Source of the DNA: a bacterium
Lineage (GTDB): Bacteria > Zhuqueibacterota > Zhuqueibacteria > Residuimicrobiales > Krinioviventaceae
DNA: 64,000 nt
Direction of reading: 5' to 3'
Assembly: GCA_963674595.2 (NCBI GenBank)
Contig: CAXXFV010000004.1
Coordinates: 160,001-224,000, forward strand
The notes under the pieces are model-generated. The model saw only the letters and a program-made list of their open reading frames with translations, was not told where the DNA came from and did not search any database. Positions within the stretch are counted from its first letter, which is position 1. The number at the start of each line of letters is the position of its first letter. Both the position numbers and the translations under genes were made by a program. Below, piece after piece: positions 39,471 to 49,915 of the stretch.

Positions 39471-40718
39471 ATGACAAACAAGAACTATTCTTGTGTTGAA
39501 CGTTTTCTCGAATACATAAAATTTGACACACAATCCTCAGAAGAATCCGAAACATTCCCAAGCACCGACAAACAAAAAGATTTGGGTAAATTCCTGGTAA
39601 AAGAATTAAAGGACATGGGTATCAACGATGCCGCAATCGATGAACATGGTTATGTTACAGGAACACTGGAAGCAAATACGGACCATAAAGTTCCGGTTAT
39701 CGGATTAATTGCCCATTTAGACACATCTCCCGATGTTTCCGGTAAAGATGTTAAAGCAAAAATCCATAAAAACTACCAGGGTCAAGACCTGGAGTTATCA
39801 CCGGAATCCGGTGTTATCATAAAAGCCTCAGAAAATCCGGCCCTGGCAGAACAAATCGGTAACGATCTAATCACGTCCGACGGAACAACATTATTAGGTG
39901 CAGACAATAAAGCGGGTATTGCAGAAATATTTAACGCTGTTGAATATCTAATTAACAATCCTGAAATAAAACACGGCACTATAAAAATTGCCGTAACACC
40001 GGATGAAGAAGTCGGCAGAGGAACGGAACATTTTGATGTAAAAAAATTCGGCGCTGATTTTGCCTATACCATAGACGGAGAAACACTGGGTGAAATAGAA
40101 GACGAAACCTTTTGCGCGGATGCAGTTACCATGACAATCCAGGGTGTTAATGTCCATCCGGGATATGCCAAAAATAAACTGATAAATTCCATTAAAATAG
40201 CCACCGAAATCATTGACAAACTGCCCCCGAATGCACTTTCCCCGGAAACAACCGAAAAAAGAGAAGGATATATTCATCCGCATGCCATTAACGGCGGCGT
40301 GGAACAAACCGTTATTAAATATCTGATTCGTGATTTTACCGAAGAGGGCCTGAAAGAAAAGGAAAAATTCCTTAAAGAAATTTCAGACAATGTCATGGAA
40401 AAATATCCCAAAGCTGTTTTGGATTTTAAAATTGACGAATTCTACAGAAACATGAAATATCAATTAGATAAAGATGCACGAGTGGTGGATTATGCAGTTG
40501 AGGCGATTGAACGCTCCGGCATTGCTCCCAAAAAGAACATTATTCGCGGGGGTACGGACGGTGCCCGGCTTTCCTATGAAGGTCTGCTGACACCCAATAT
40601 TTTCACAGGCGGGCATAATTTTCATTCACGACAGGAATGGATATCGATTCAGGACATGCAAAAAGCAGTTGATGTTATCATTAACCTCGTACAGGTTTGG
40701 GAAGAAAAAAGTCGTTAA
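39471..40718 (+). CDS. pepT: Peptidase T (tripeptide aminopeptidase)
   Basis: ERFL.Y..FDTQS, AHLDTSPD, LLGADNKAG, TPDEEVGRG, IRGGTDGA and NFHS..EW motifs. Confidence 0.95.
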   Translation: MTNKNYSCVERFLEYIKFDTQSSEESETFPSTDKQKDLGKFLVKELKDMGINDAAIDEHGYVTGTLEANTDHKVPVIGLIAHLDTSPDVSGKDVKAKIHKNYQGQDLELSPESGVIIKASENPALAEQIGNDLITSDGTTLLGADNKAGIAEIFNAVEYLINNPEIKHGTIKIAVTPDEEVGRGTEHFDVKKFGADFAYTIDGETLGEIEDETFCADAVTMTIQGVNVHPGYAKNKLINSIKIATEIIDKLPPNALSPETTEKREGYIHPHAINGGVEQTVIKYLIRDFTEEGLKEKEKFLKEISDNVMEKYPKAVLDFKIDEFYRNMKYQLDKDARVVDYAVEAIERSGIAPKKNIIRGGTDGARLSYEGLLTPNIFTGGHNFHSRQEWISIQDMQKAVDVIINLVQVWEEKSR

Positions 40719-41404
40719 TTTTAAACGAATATGTTATCAGCCTTATGCATTTTGATTTTTTTGTAACCAAAAAACAACTGAAAATAAAATATAAAATACT
40801 GATTGTATTTTTATTTATCATATTTTGCTGGATGATTCGAAAGCCGGTTTTAACAGCACTCGGACGATATCTGGATATGCCTTCTTCAACCGCAGTATGT
40901 GATGTTGTCGTTGTGGAAGGCGGTCCGACTGTGGCCCGTCAACGTGTTGAAGCGGCTGTTAAATTGTATAAAACAAAACAAGCAAATTTTATCACCATCA
41001 CCTTAACCGGTTATGACAATGCTGTTGATGTTTTTGCACTAAAAAATTATACAAAAGCCGTCATGAAAGGACTGGACTCTCTGGGTGTCCCGCAAAATAG
41101 TTATCTCATAAAACATCTCAAAATCAAAGATCCGTTTACATATAATACCGCCCGGGCTTTGGCCCCGGAATTTAAAGACCGGGGTTTCACATCCCTCTTA
41201 ATAATAAACGACAATTTTCACATACGCCGCAGCTACCGGACATTTAAACACGTTATGAAAGCGCAGGGTATTTCGGTACATCCTTATACTGTGCCTATTT
41301 ACATAGACGCAACAAACTGGTGGCTGGCAGCCAACGGGTGGCGGCGTGTATTTTCAGAATATCTCAAGCTTGCATTTTATGGCTTCAAAGGTTATCTTGA
41401 TTAA
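40697..41404 (+). CDS. YdcF/DUF218 family protein
   Basis: N-terminal TM; DVVVVEGG, R..AA..LY, NT...A, ND.FH.RRS and EYLKL motifs. The true start is probably downstream of 40697. Confidence 0.75.
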   Translation: MGRKKSLILNEYVISLMHFDFFVTKKQLKIKYKILIVFLFIIFCWMIRKPVLTALGRYLDMPSSTAVCDVVVVEGGPTVARQRVEAAVKLYKTKQANFITITLTGYDNAVDVFALKNYTKAVMKGLDSLGVPQNSYLIKHLKIKDPFTYNTARALAPEFKDRGFTSLLIINDNFHIRRSYRTFKHVMKAQGISVHPYTVPIYIDATNWWLAANGWRRVFSEYLKLAFYGFKGYLD

Positions 41405-41432
41405 AACGTGAATTTGTAACAAAAGGAGCAGC

Positions 41433-42674
41433 ATGGCATTAAAAAAACTTTCTCTGACGACATGGATTTTTATCGGTATCTTTTTAGGGATTTTAGCCGG
41501 GTGGATTTTCGGGGAACCAATAATAGTCATAGCAGAACCAATGGCAAATTTGTTTTTAAGACTGTTACGTATGACAATTATGCCGCTCATTGTCACTTCT
41601 ATTTTGTCCGGAGTTTTAAGTGTTGGTACAGCAAAAAACCTGGGACGTTTGGGCATAAAAACATTTCTTTATTATACAACCAGCACCATCCTTGCCATCA
41701 TAACAGGTCAAATTTTGGTGAATATTTTTCGTCCCGGTATTGGGGCAAATGTTGGTCTCGAACAAAGTGTTGAAACAGTACATGCTGCAGAACAAAGTAT
41801 TGGAGACATGCTTTTCCGAATCATTCCTGAAAATCCTTTTCAATCAATGGCCCAGGGTGATGTATTACCTGTCATTTTCTTTTGCATTCTTTTGGGATTT
41901 TTTATCACACGGCTGAATGAACATCACAGACAACACATGACGGATTTTATTCAGGCCGGTTTTGATGCCATGATGAAAATGGTCCATTTGATTATTTGGA
42001 TGGCCCCCATAGGCGTTTTCGGAATCAATGCAAAAATAGTAGCAACTACCGGATTTAGTGCTTTTAAATCCCTGGGATTTTATTTTATTACGGTTGTTAT
42101 TGGTTTAGCTATCCACGTATTATTAACATTACCAATGCTGCTAAAATTTGTTGCCCGAGTTAATCCTTTTAAACATTATAAAGGAATGACCTCAGCAGTG
42201 TTAACAGCGTTTTCCACAAGTTCCTCAATGGTTACACTTCCCTTTAACCTGGAATGTGTGACAACCCGTTCACGTGTGTCTAAAAAAGTTGCCGGCTTTA
42301 TGCTGCCGATAGGTGCAACAGTAAATATGGACGGAACAGCTTTATACGAATGTGTTGCCACAATTTTTATAGCCCAGGTTTATGGAATTGACCTGAGCTT
42401 TACACAACAATTGCTTGTAGTTATAACAGCTTTGCTGGCGTCCATTGGAGCAGCAGCCGTACCAATGGCCGGTCTGGTTATGATGTCGATTATTCTTCAA
42501 GCTGTCGGATTACCACTGGAAGGTGTGGGAATTATTCTGGCTGTGGACAGAATTCTGGATATGTTTCGCACAACTGTCAATGTACTCAGCGATTCATGCG
42601 GCGCTGTCCTTGTCGCCAGGCTTGAAGGTGAATCCCTGGACAGAATGGGAGAACCGGCCGACGAAGAAGATTAA
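41433..42674 (+). CDS. Dicarboxylate/amino acid:cation symporter (GltP/DAACS family)
   Basis: AFSTSSS..TLP, LPIGATVNMDGTALYE, VPMAG and DRILDMFRTTVNV motifs. Confidence 0.93.
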   Translation: MALKKLSLTTWIFIGIFLGILAGWIFGEPIIVIAEPMANLFLRLLRMTIMPLIVTSILSGVLSVGTAKNLGRLGIKTFLYYTTSTILAIITGQILVNIFRPGIGANVGLEQSVETVHAAEQSIGDMLFRIIPENPFQSMAQGDVLPVIFFCILLGFFITRLNEHHRQHMTDFIQAGFDAMMKMVHLIIWMAPIGVFGINAKIVATTGFSAFKSLGFYFITVVIGLAIHVLLTLPMLLKFVARVNPFKHYKGMTSAVLTAFSTSSSMVTLPFNLECVTTRSRVSKKVAGFMLPIGATVNMDGTALYECVATIFIAQVYGIDLSFTQQLLVVITALLASIGAAAVPMAGLVMMSIILQAVGLPLEGVGIILAVDRILDMFRTTVNVLSDSCGAVLVARLEGESLDRMGEPADEED

Positions 42675-42788
42675 ATTTTGTTTGTTTAGCACAAAATAAT
42701 CCTGATAATAAAAAAAGTGAAACAAAATTCATTAAAAACCAGTAAAATACCCTGTTATATAAAAAATAAACTATTTTACGGTTACATA

Positions 42789-43970
42789 ATGAAAACTATT
42801 ACATACAATCTGGCCGCAGCAGAAAAAAACTCGGACAATTATTATCAGGATGTTCGTTTATTTACAGAACAGGTTTTACACGCAACAGAACCGGAAATAA
42901 TGTCTTTTGTAAACGGATTTGTTCAATATATTAACAAAACACATTGCGAACCAACGAGAGCAGAAAAAGAATATATTTTTGATATATTGACATTAGGCGT
43001 ACTTTGGAACATTTACAGTGGCAATGCCTTACAGACATCAAAATCCGTTAATCGTTTTTTAGCTTTTCTATACCATTTCAGAAGAAAACACCCCAAATTA
43101 AAATCCTCAATTGATTCCGTCAGGGGCATCCTTTCAACTCTTTATTTAACGCAGCGAAAAATTCATGCTGAATATCTATCTCTAAACAATGCAAAAAAGC
43201 TGATCGTATGGCTTGATGCAACAGGAGAGTTCCGCGAAGAAGTAAAAAGAATACAATTGATTCTAAATTATATGGAAACCTTTCCTGAAAAGAAACAGGG
43301 ATTTTATTTTGCTGTCTTTACAGACTTTGCATTTTGGTTCCAGAAAAACAGTCCATATTTTCTTGAAAAATATACAATTCATGTTGCTGACTTTAGGAAA
43401 ACCCAGCTTTCTTCTCATAAATGGAAGGAAGACTATATATTTTGTGGACGGCATCAAACAGAATATCATCTGAGCATGGTTGGCGCTGAATTGATGAACC
43501 AGGCCTTTCGGGCAGATTTTTCAAAAACACAGCGCAAAACAGTGCTTGTCCCTGCCTGTATGCGTAAAAATCAGCCACAAACATGTAAAGCAAAAAAAGT
43601 ATCGCTTGATTATAAATGCTCCGGCTGCACGCAGGATTGCCGCGTTAACAAACTTCGATTATTAGGTCTAGAACACAAATTCGATGTCAGCATTATTCCC
43701 CACTCTTCGGATTTTTCAGCCTGGTTAAAAAACTGGGCTGCCGGCAAAGAAATCGGTGTTGTCGGAGTGGCCTGTCCTTTAAACCTCATAACCGGCGGGT
43801 TGGAGCTTCGTGCATTAAACATCCCGGCCCAATGTATCTTGCTGGATTATTGCGGATGTAAAAATCATTGGCACAAAATCGGTTTCCCGACAGAAATTAA
43901 CACAGAGGAACTGCTCAATTTACTTGAAATTAAAAAACCATCTATAAAGCCGGTATTATTGGCAAGCTGA
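42789..43970 (+). CDS. DUF116 domain-containing protein with a long N-terminal extension
   Basis: C-terminal Cys-rich PACMR...C.A...CSGC...C, VVGVAC and LL...GC pattern. Likely start MKTITY; the ORF is open from 42717. Confidence 0.75.
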   Translation: MKTITYNLAAAEKNSDNYYQDVRLFTEQVLHATEPEIMSFVNGFVQYINKTHCEPTRAEKEYIFDILTLGVLWNIYSGNALQTSKSVNRFLAFLYHFRRKHPKLKSSIDSVRGILSTLYLTQRKIHAEYLSLNNAKKLIVWLDATGEFREEVKRIQLILNYMETFPEKKQGFYFAVFTDFAFWFQKNSPYFLEKYTIHVADFRKTQLSSHKWKEDYIFCGRHQTEYHLSMVGAELMNQAFRADFSKTQRKTVLVPACMRKNQPQTCKAKKVSLDYKCSGCTQDCRVNKLRLLGLEHKFDVSIIPHSSDFSAWLKNWAAGKEIGVVGVACPLNLITGGLELRALNIPAQCILLDYCGCKNHWHKIGFPTEINTEELLNLLEIKKPSIKPVLLAS

Positions 43971-44066
43971 TAAAAAGACTGACAATTTTTACGATTCCGG
44001 ATTGTATTTTAAAATAAAAATTCTTTTATTGGTGCATGAAACACGAGTATTAAAAGAAAGATATTC

Positions 44067-45059
44067 ATGCCCATGCGACCCTTTAACATATCCCGCCTTT
44101 CCTCGGGTGGATTAATCACCAACTATTACTGCTCTTCTGCCTGCCGGCACTGCCTGTATCGTTGTCATCCCAAATGGCCCAGGAAATATATTACCCGGGA
44201 AACGGGTGAAAAAAACCTGCAAAAAATTTCCGGCATGGGCTGCCGCTCCATACACATCGGCGGTGGCGAACCCATGTTAAACATCCCTGGCCTGCTCGAT
44301 GTTCTGGATATAGCAAAATCCAATGGAATTTACATCGACTATGTTGAAACCAATTCCTCATGGTATAGTGATCACGACTCCTGCTGCCGAATCCTTGAAA
44401 AATTACCCCGGCAGGGCGTATCTACCCTACTTGTCTCCATCAGTCCCTTTCATAATGAATTCATCCCCTTTTACAAAGTCAAAGGTGTTATACAGGCCTG
44501 TCGCAGTACCGGCATCCAGGTTTTTCCCTGGATAAGTGATTTTTATTCCGAAATGGACCAATTGGATGATAGCCAAAAACACGCCATGCAGGAATATGCA
44601 GAACTGTTTGGTCCGAATTATGAAAAACAATTGTTAAACCGTTATTGGATATCTCCGGGCGGCCGGGCTTTAGATTTGCTTCGCCGTCACAAACCTAGTT
44701 ATACCGTTGATGAAATACTGGCAGCTAATCCAATGGGCTGTTCTGAACTGACGGATGTCAGCCATTTTCACATAGACCTCTACAATAATTATATCCCAGG
44801 GTTATGTACTGGACTTGCCATACACAGAGAAGACTTGGGAAAACCGCTTTTGCCCCAGGAATATCCTTTTTTAAATATTCTTTACAATAAAGGCATACAG
44901 GCCTTTTTTAAATATGCACAGGAAAACACAGGCTTTACCCCAGGCAAAGACACATATATTAATAAATGTGAATTGTGTTTCGAGATCCGATCCTGTTTTA
45001 TAAACGCTAAAAACATTACCTCTAAAGAATTGCAGCCGGTTCAACACTATATGATATAA
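44067..45059 (+). CDS. Radical SAM protein
   Basis: CSSACRHC (CxxxCxxC), HIGGGEP, ETNSSW and SISPFH motifs; C-terminal KCELC. Confidence 0.88.
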   Translation: MPMRPFNISRLSSGGLITNYYCSSACRHCLYRCHPKWPRKYITRETGEKNLQKISGMGCRSIHIGGGEPMLNIPGLLDVLDIAKSNGIYIDYVETNSSWYSDHDSCCRILEKLPRQGVSTLLVSISPFHNEFIPFYKVKGVIQACRSTGIQVFPWISDFYSEMDQLDDSQKHAMQEYAELFGPNYEKQLLNRYWISPGGRALDLLRRHKPSYTVDEILAANPMGCSELTDVSHFHIDLYNNYIPGLCTGLAIHREDLGKPLLPQEYPFLNILYNKGIQAFFKYAQENTGFTPGKDTYINKCELCFEIRSCFINAKNITSKELQPVQHYMI

Positions 45060-45125
45060 ATCAGATAATGATCTGTCAAAAAAGATCAAGCAAACACATT
45101 TTTAAGCTGTTTTTTTCAAAAAAAG

Positions 45126-45151
45126 TAAAACTTTTTTCCACCGTTTCCGTA
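45126..45151 (+). promoter_or_regulatory. Putative ECF sigma-factor promoter
   Basis: TAAAAC-N16-CGTA upstream of the methyltransferase, same geometry as 25905-25930. Confidence 0.4.
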
Positions 45152-45195
45152 TCTTTTATCGATTGTAAAATAAATACTAGTAATCAGGAGAAATT

Positions 45196-45753
45196 ATGGC
45201 AGAAAATCATGTTTGCCCTGTTTGGATAGGATACTTGCTGGCAAGTCCACTTAGAAAATTATTTCAAAATCCGGAAAAAATTTTAGCGCCATTTGTTAAA
45301 AAAGGAATGACAGTAATGGATATTGGCAGCGCCATGGGTTTTTTCAGCATACCGATGGCAAAAATGGTAGGATCGAATGGTAAAGTGGTTAGTGTGGACT
45401 TGCAGGAAAAAATGTTAACATCACTTAAAAAGAAAGCAACTAAAGCTGGTTTGGTAAATAGGATCGAAACACGTCTTTGTCAGAACGATACATTGGCAAT
45501 TGACGATTTTGAAGAAAAAATTGATCTTGTTCTGGCTTTTGCAGTTGTTCATGAAGTTCCGGATACACGTGCGTTTTTTACGGAGATTTATCCGGTCTTA
45601 AAAAAAGGCGGAACCCTTTTAGTAGCTGAACCCAAAGGTCATGTATCAGATAATGATTTTAAAGTAACGTTGGGAATTGCTAACGATGCTGGATTTAAAC
45701 TGGTAGATAATCCGGGGATTCATAAATCAAGAACAGCCGTATTACAAAAATAA
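45196..45753 (+). CDS. Class I SAM-dependent methyltransferase
   Basis: HVCP.W, DIGSAMGFFS, VDLQ, VVHEVPD and LK.GG motifs. Confidence 0.9.
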   Translation: MAENHVCPVWIGYLLASPLRKLFQNPEKILAPFVKKGMTVMDIGSAMGFFSIPMAKMVGSNGKVVSVDLQEKMLTSLKKKATKAGLVNRIETRLCQNDTLAIDDFEEKIDLVLAFAVVHEVPDTRAFFTEIYPVLKKGGTLLVAEPKGHVSDNDFKVTLGIANDAGFKLVDNPGIHKSRTAVLQK

Positions 45754-45780
45754 TAAAGCCGGTTTAAAACCGGCTTTATT
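45752..45780. terminator. Bidirectional intrinsic terminator
   Basis: AATAAAGCCGGTTT-a-AAACCGGCTTTATT between convergent stops. Confidence 0.85.
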
Positions 45781-46481
45781 TAAATTCGAAAATCCTGATA
45801 CTCTTCATAGAGCCTTTGTATTGCGGGAACATATTCCTGCGTCTCCCTCGCCAGAATTCCATGCTTTTTCCCACTGTCAAGCCAAAGAGCGGCACGCCGT
45901 TCACCTCCATTATAAGCTGCCAATCCGCCATCCACATCGTAAATTTCAATAAGAGACGAAAGATAACGCGAGCCGATGCGGATATTATAAATCGGATTAT
46001 ATAAAACCTCATCCGTTGATGTCCAGCTTATGTTTTCATAGGCGGCAACAAACATTCCGGTTGTCGGCATAATCTGCATTAAACCTTTGGCCCCAACCGG
46101 AGACATAACTTCAGGGTCCCAGGTTGCTGCGGATTCATGCGTGATTGTCGCACAAATCAAATCGACATTCAGGTTACTATACTTGTTTGCCATTCTTACA
46201 ATTTCTTCGGCAATCTCATATTTTTGGTGGTTTGGCATCTCTGTGTTAAACTGATCAATAATGGCAATAATTTTATGAATTTGATACTGCCGAATACTGT
46301 CCACCTGAATAGCTGATTGCATATTTTGCAAAAGGTTTTCCAATTCGGCAATTTTGTTTTCATTCTGTTTGTCGTTCAGGTACTTGAGCCCGGAAAATAT
46401 TCCGGTTATTAAAAATAAAATCACAAGAGATCTTGTGACGAAATTGGAAAAAATCAAACTTTTTATCGTGTGTTTTTTCAT
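45780..46481 (-). CDS. Membrane-anchored lytic transglycosylase (SLT domain)
   Basis: ITHES, S.VGAKGLMQIMPTT, NIRIGSRYL, LAAYNGG and ETQEYV motifs. Confidence 0.92.
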   Translation of the reverse strand: MKKHTIKSLIFSNFVTRSLVILFLITGIFSGLKYLNDKQNENKIAELENLLQNMQSAIQVDSIRQYQIHKIIAIIDQFNTEMPNHQKYEIAEEIVRMANKYSNLNVDLICATITHESAATWDPEVMSPVGAKGLMQIMPTTGMFVAAYENISWTSTDEVLYNPIYNIRIGSRYLSSLIEIYDVDGGLAAYNGGERRAALWLDSGKKHGILARETQEYVPAIQRLYEEYQDFRI

Positions 46482-46696
46482 TTTTAACCTAACATTAATA
46501 AAACTATCTTTTTAAAACAGTTTGAAATATACAAAACAAAAATACGGAAATCAATAATAATTAAAACTATTAACGTTAATTACGGATAATTTGTTTCAAT
46601 TTAGTAAACTATTAAAAAATAATTATGATTTTTATCACTTTTTCCCACGCAAATTAAGACAAATGTAGTACTTGTTAATGATTATAAAATTCCAGC

Positions 46697-46725
46697 TTGA
46701 TTTTGGATTCCTATTGTATTACATT
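46697..46725 (+). promoter_or_regulatory. Putative sigma70 promoter of RHH-sat-cysC
   Basis: TTGATT-17-TACATT, followed by an AGGAG RBS. Confidence 0.55.
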
Positions 46726-46747
46726 TATACTCTTTTAGGAGTGTTAT

Positions 46748-46975
46748 ATGAGCGCAAAATCAAACGATAAAGTTACTATCAAAATACCCCGTATCCTTTA
46801 TGACCGTCTGGCAAAGATCGTAGATGATAGTGGTTTCAATTCCGTGACGGATTTTGTAGTCTATGTTCTTCGGGACCTGGCCTCAACAAAATCTCAATCT
46901 TTGGATGACGGTACACTATCCAAACAGGAGATTGATGTCATTCGAAAAAGACTGGAATCTCTGGGATATTTTTAA
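46748..46975 (+). CDS. Ribbon-helix-helix (CopG-like) protein
   Basis: VTIKIP beta-strand, then LYDRL...SGFNSV.DFVVYVLR helices; C-terminal RKRL.SLGY. Confidence 0.8.
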   Translation: MSAKSNDKVTIKIPRILYDRLAKIVDDSGFNSVTDFVVYVLRDLASTKSQSLDDGTLSKQEIDVIRKRLESLGYF

Positions 46976-47038
46976 GTTGAAAATCGGGGCATAATATATT
47001 CTTTGAATTCATTTTATTAATAATAACAGGAGTATTAT

Positions 47039-48208
47039 ATGACGACAAAACTGGTTCCACCACATGGCGGTGTTTTAAAACCTCTAATGCTTGAAGGTGC
47101 TGAATTACAACAGGAAATTGAAAAAGCAAAATCTCTACCACAGGTCCGTCTTTCATCTCGTGAAACTTCAGACCTGATTATGATGGCCGTAGGCGCATTC
47201 AGTCCCTTGACAGGGTTTATGAAAGAAGCAGATTATAAAGGTGTAGTTGATAAAATGCGTATACAGGACGGCACATTATGGCCTATTCCTATTACACTAT
47301 CTGCACCAAAAGAACAGGCTGATTCGTTGGCCATCGGCTCAGAAGTCGCTCTCGTCGATGACGAAACCAACGAACTGATGGGCAGCATGGTTATTGAAGA
47401 AAAATATACTTATGATAAAAAGCACGAAGCAAAAATGGTTTTCCGTACGGAAGATGAAGCGCACCCAGGTGTCGCCAAAGTATATGCTCAACATGATATT
47501 TTATTAGCTGGTCCGGTAAAAGCTTTCAGCGAAGGACCTTATCCGAAAACTTATGGTGAACATTATGGCCGCCCGGCAGAAACACGCAAATTGTTTGAAG
47601 AAAAAGGATGGAAAACAGTTGCCGCTTTTCAAACAAGAAATCCTATTCACAGATCTCATGAATATTGCACGAAAATCGCCCTGGAAGTATGTGACGGACT
47701 TTTTATTCATCCATTGGTCGGTAAATTAAAAGCCGGTGATATTCCCGGTGAAATCCGTATGAAATGTTACGAAGAGTTGTTGGATAATTATTATCCCCAG
47801 GAACGTGTTGCTCTTAAAGTTTACCCTATGGAAATGCGTTACGGTGGTCCGCGTGAAGCAGTGTTGCACGCTGTTTTCCGTCAAAATTACGGATGCAGTC
47901 ATTTAATTATCGGTCGCGATCATGCCGGAGTCGGCAGCTATTATGGACCATTTGATGCACAAACGATATTTGAAGAAATTGATCGAGATGATTTGTATAT
48001 TAAACCTTTGAACATAGACTGGACATTCTGGTGCCATAAATGTGACGGCATGGCGTCCATGAAAACCTGTCCGCACGGAAAAGACGACCGCGTTCTTATC
48101 AGCGGTACCAAACTGCGGGAAATGCTGGACAATGGTGAAATGCCTCCAAAGGAATTCACCCGACCGGAAATTGGTCAAATACTAATGGATTATTACAAAA
48201 CGTTATAA
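47039..48208 (+). CDS. sat: Sulfate adenylyltransferase (ATP sulfurylase)
   Basis: [39 protein letters not shown] and GRDHAGVG motifs. Confidence 0.97.
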   Translation: MTTKLVPPHGGVLKPLMLEGAELQQEIEKAKSLPQVRLSSRETSDLIMMAVGAFSPLTGFMKEADYKGVVDKMRIQDGTLWPIPITLSAPKEQADSLAIGSEVALVDDETNELMGSMVIEEKYTYDKKHEAKMVFRTEDEAHPGVAKVYAQHDILLAGPVKAFSEGPYPKTYGEHYGRPAETRKLFEEKGWKTVAAFQTRNPIHRSHEYCTKIALEVCDGLFIHPLVGKLKAGDIPGEIRMKCYEELLDNYYPQERVALKVYPMEMRYGGPREAVLHAVFRQNYGCSHLIIGRDHAGVGSYYGPFDAQTIFEEIDRDDLYIKPLNIDWTFWCHKCDGMASMKTCPHGKDDRVLISGTKLREMLDNGEMPPKEFTRPEIGQILMDYYKTL

Positions 48209-48219
48209 ACGGAGATAAC

Positions 48220-48828
48220 ATGGCACAACAAAAAGCAACAAATATAACGTGGCACGATGGTGCAATTACACGCGACGATCGTCAAAGACTCCTGGGTCAA
48301 AAAGGAGCTGTTATTTGGTTTACAGGGCTTTCCGGATCAGGAAAATCCACATTAGCGAATGCTGTTGAAGAAAAATTGTTCGAAGCAGGAAATTTAACGT
48401 ATGTTTTGGATGGTGACAATATCCGACATGGACTTAATAAGAACCTTGGTTTTTCACCGGAAGACCGGGAAGAAAATATTCGCCGAATCGGTGAAGTTGC
48501 CAAACTTTTTGCCGACGCCGGTGCTATTACAATGACGGCTTTTATTTCTCCCTACCGTGTAGACCGGGACAAAGCCCGTGCACTGCTCAACGATGGTGAA
48601 TTTATTGAAGTTTTTGTCAAAGTTCCTCTGGAAGTTGCAGAGCAACGCGACACCAAAGGACTTTATAAAAAAGCGCGTGCCGGAGAAATTAAAGAATTTA
48701 CCGGTATCTCCGCACCCTATGAAGAACCGGAAAATCCCGAGCTCGTTGTTGACACCAGCAAACTTTCACTTGAACAGAGTGTAGACCAGGTTCTGGACTA
48801 TTTGAAAGCAAACGGATTTATAAAATAG
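48220..48828 (+). CDS. cysC: Adenylyl-sulfate kinase
   Basis: [34 protein letters not shown] and FTGISAPYE motifs. Confidence 0.97.
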   Translation: MAQQKATNITWHDGAITRDDRQRLLGQKGAVIWFTGLSGSGKSTLANAVEEKLFEAGNLTYVLDGDNIRHGLNKNLGFSPEDREENIRRIGEVAKLFADAGAITMTAFISPYRVDRDKARALLNDGEFIEVFVKVPLEVAEQRDTKGLYKKARAGEIKEFTGISAPYEEPENPELVVDTSKLSLEQSVDQVLDYLKANGFIK

Positions 48829-48829
48829 T

Positions 48830-48856
48830 AAAAGCCCGATTTTTCGGGCTTTTTTT
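48830..48856 (+). terminator. Intrinsic terminator
   Basis: AAAAGCCCGA-tttt-TCGGGCTTTTTTT right after the cysC stop. Confidence 0.88.
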
Positions 48857-48916
48857 ATTTTAGCATGTTTTAAACATTTTTTTATGACATGAACTTAATT
48901 TTTAGTACTTTACCCC

Positions 48917-49837
48917 ATGCAAGAATATTATACTTTTTCAAAATTTTTAAAAGAAAAATACAAAGAAAAAGTCTGGAAAGTCAGCATCGACGCCGGTTTT
49001 GAGTGCCCGAATCGAAATGAAAAATCCGGACGCGGCGGTTGTATTTTTTGCAGAATGGACAGTTTTTCCAAGTGCCAATCCGAATATAATATCAACATAT
49101 ACGATCAAATCAGAGAAGGCATTGAGCTCGGCCGCGAACGCCTGGGCATTGAAAAATATATTATTTATTTTCAGGCATCTACAAATACAAACGCACCGGT
49201 AGAAATCCTTAAAGAATTGTATGAAAAAGCGATTGATTTCGACGGAGTGGTTGGCCTTTCTATCGCTACCCGCCCGGATTGTCTGGAAAATGATGTTGTC
49301 AGTCTTATTAATGAACTGGCCCATAAAGTTGATGTCTGGGTGGAACTGGGTTTACAAAGTGCTCACAATAAAACATTGGAATTGCTGAACCGCGGACACA
49401 GCTTTGAAGATTATGCCGTAGCGGTCGAAAAACTGTCCAAACTTCCTGTTCGTATTTGCACGCACATTATGCTGGGTTTGCCGGGTGAAAACCGGCAGGA
49501 TGTTTTGCATACGGCAAAAATCCTGGCGCACTCTCCTATTCATGAAGTTAAACTGCATCCTTTGCTGGTGTTAAAAGACACCATATTAGCGAAAATGTAT
49601 GAACAGAAAAAATTCAAAAGTCTGGAACTGGAAGAATATGCATCTCTGGCCTGCGATTTTATTGAACAGTTACCGGCTAATATGGTGATTCAACGGTTAA
49701 CTGCCGAATCACCGCATGATATTCTTTTAGCCCCGCTTTGGACAAAAAATAAACATGCGGTTATTAACAGTATTCGTCAGGAATTTAAAAATCGTCAAAC
49801 CTATCAGGGCTTTTTCTTAAACACACCATCAAATTGA
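48917..49837 (+). CDS. TIGR01212 (YhcC-like) radical SAM protein
   Basis: DAGF.CPNR....GGCIFC, YFQ..TNT, TRPDC, ELGLQS and NRGH motifs. Confidence 0.9.
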   Translation: MQEYYTFSKFLKEKYKEKVWKVSIDAGFECPNRNEKSGRGGCIFCRMDSFSKCQSEYNINIYDQIREGIELGRERLGIEKYIIYFQASTNTNAPVEILKELYEKAIDFDGVVGLSIATRPDCLENDVVSLINELAHKVDVWVELGLQSAHNKTLELLNRGHSFEDYAVAVEKLSKLPVRICTHIMLGLPGENRQDVLHTAKILAHSPIHEVKLHPLLVLKDTILAKMYEQKKFKSLELEEYASLACDFIEQLPANMVIQRLTAESPHDILLAPLWTKNKHAVINSIRQEFKNRQTYQGFFLNTPSN

Positions 49838-49915
49838 TCAAAATGATAATTATTTTGTGTTTTATCGGATTTCTTTTTACATTTATTTCAACCATGACTA
49901 AAAAGAGAGAAAAAA

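Noticed and set aside
47039-48828. sat as evidence of dissimilatory sulfate reduction
   Set aside because: It is paired with cysC, and no apr, qmo or dsr genes are in the window.
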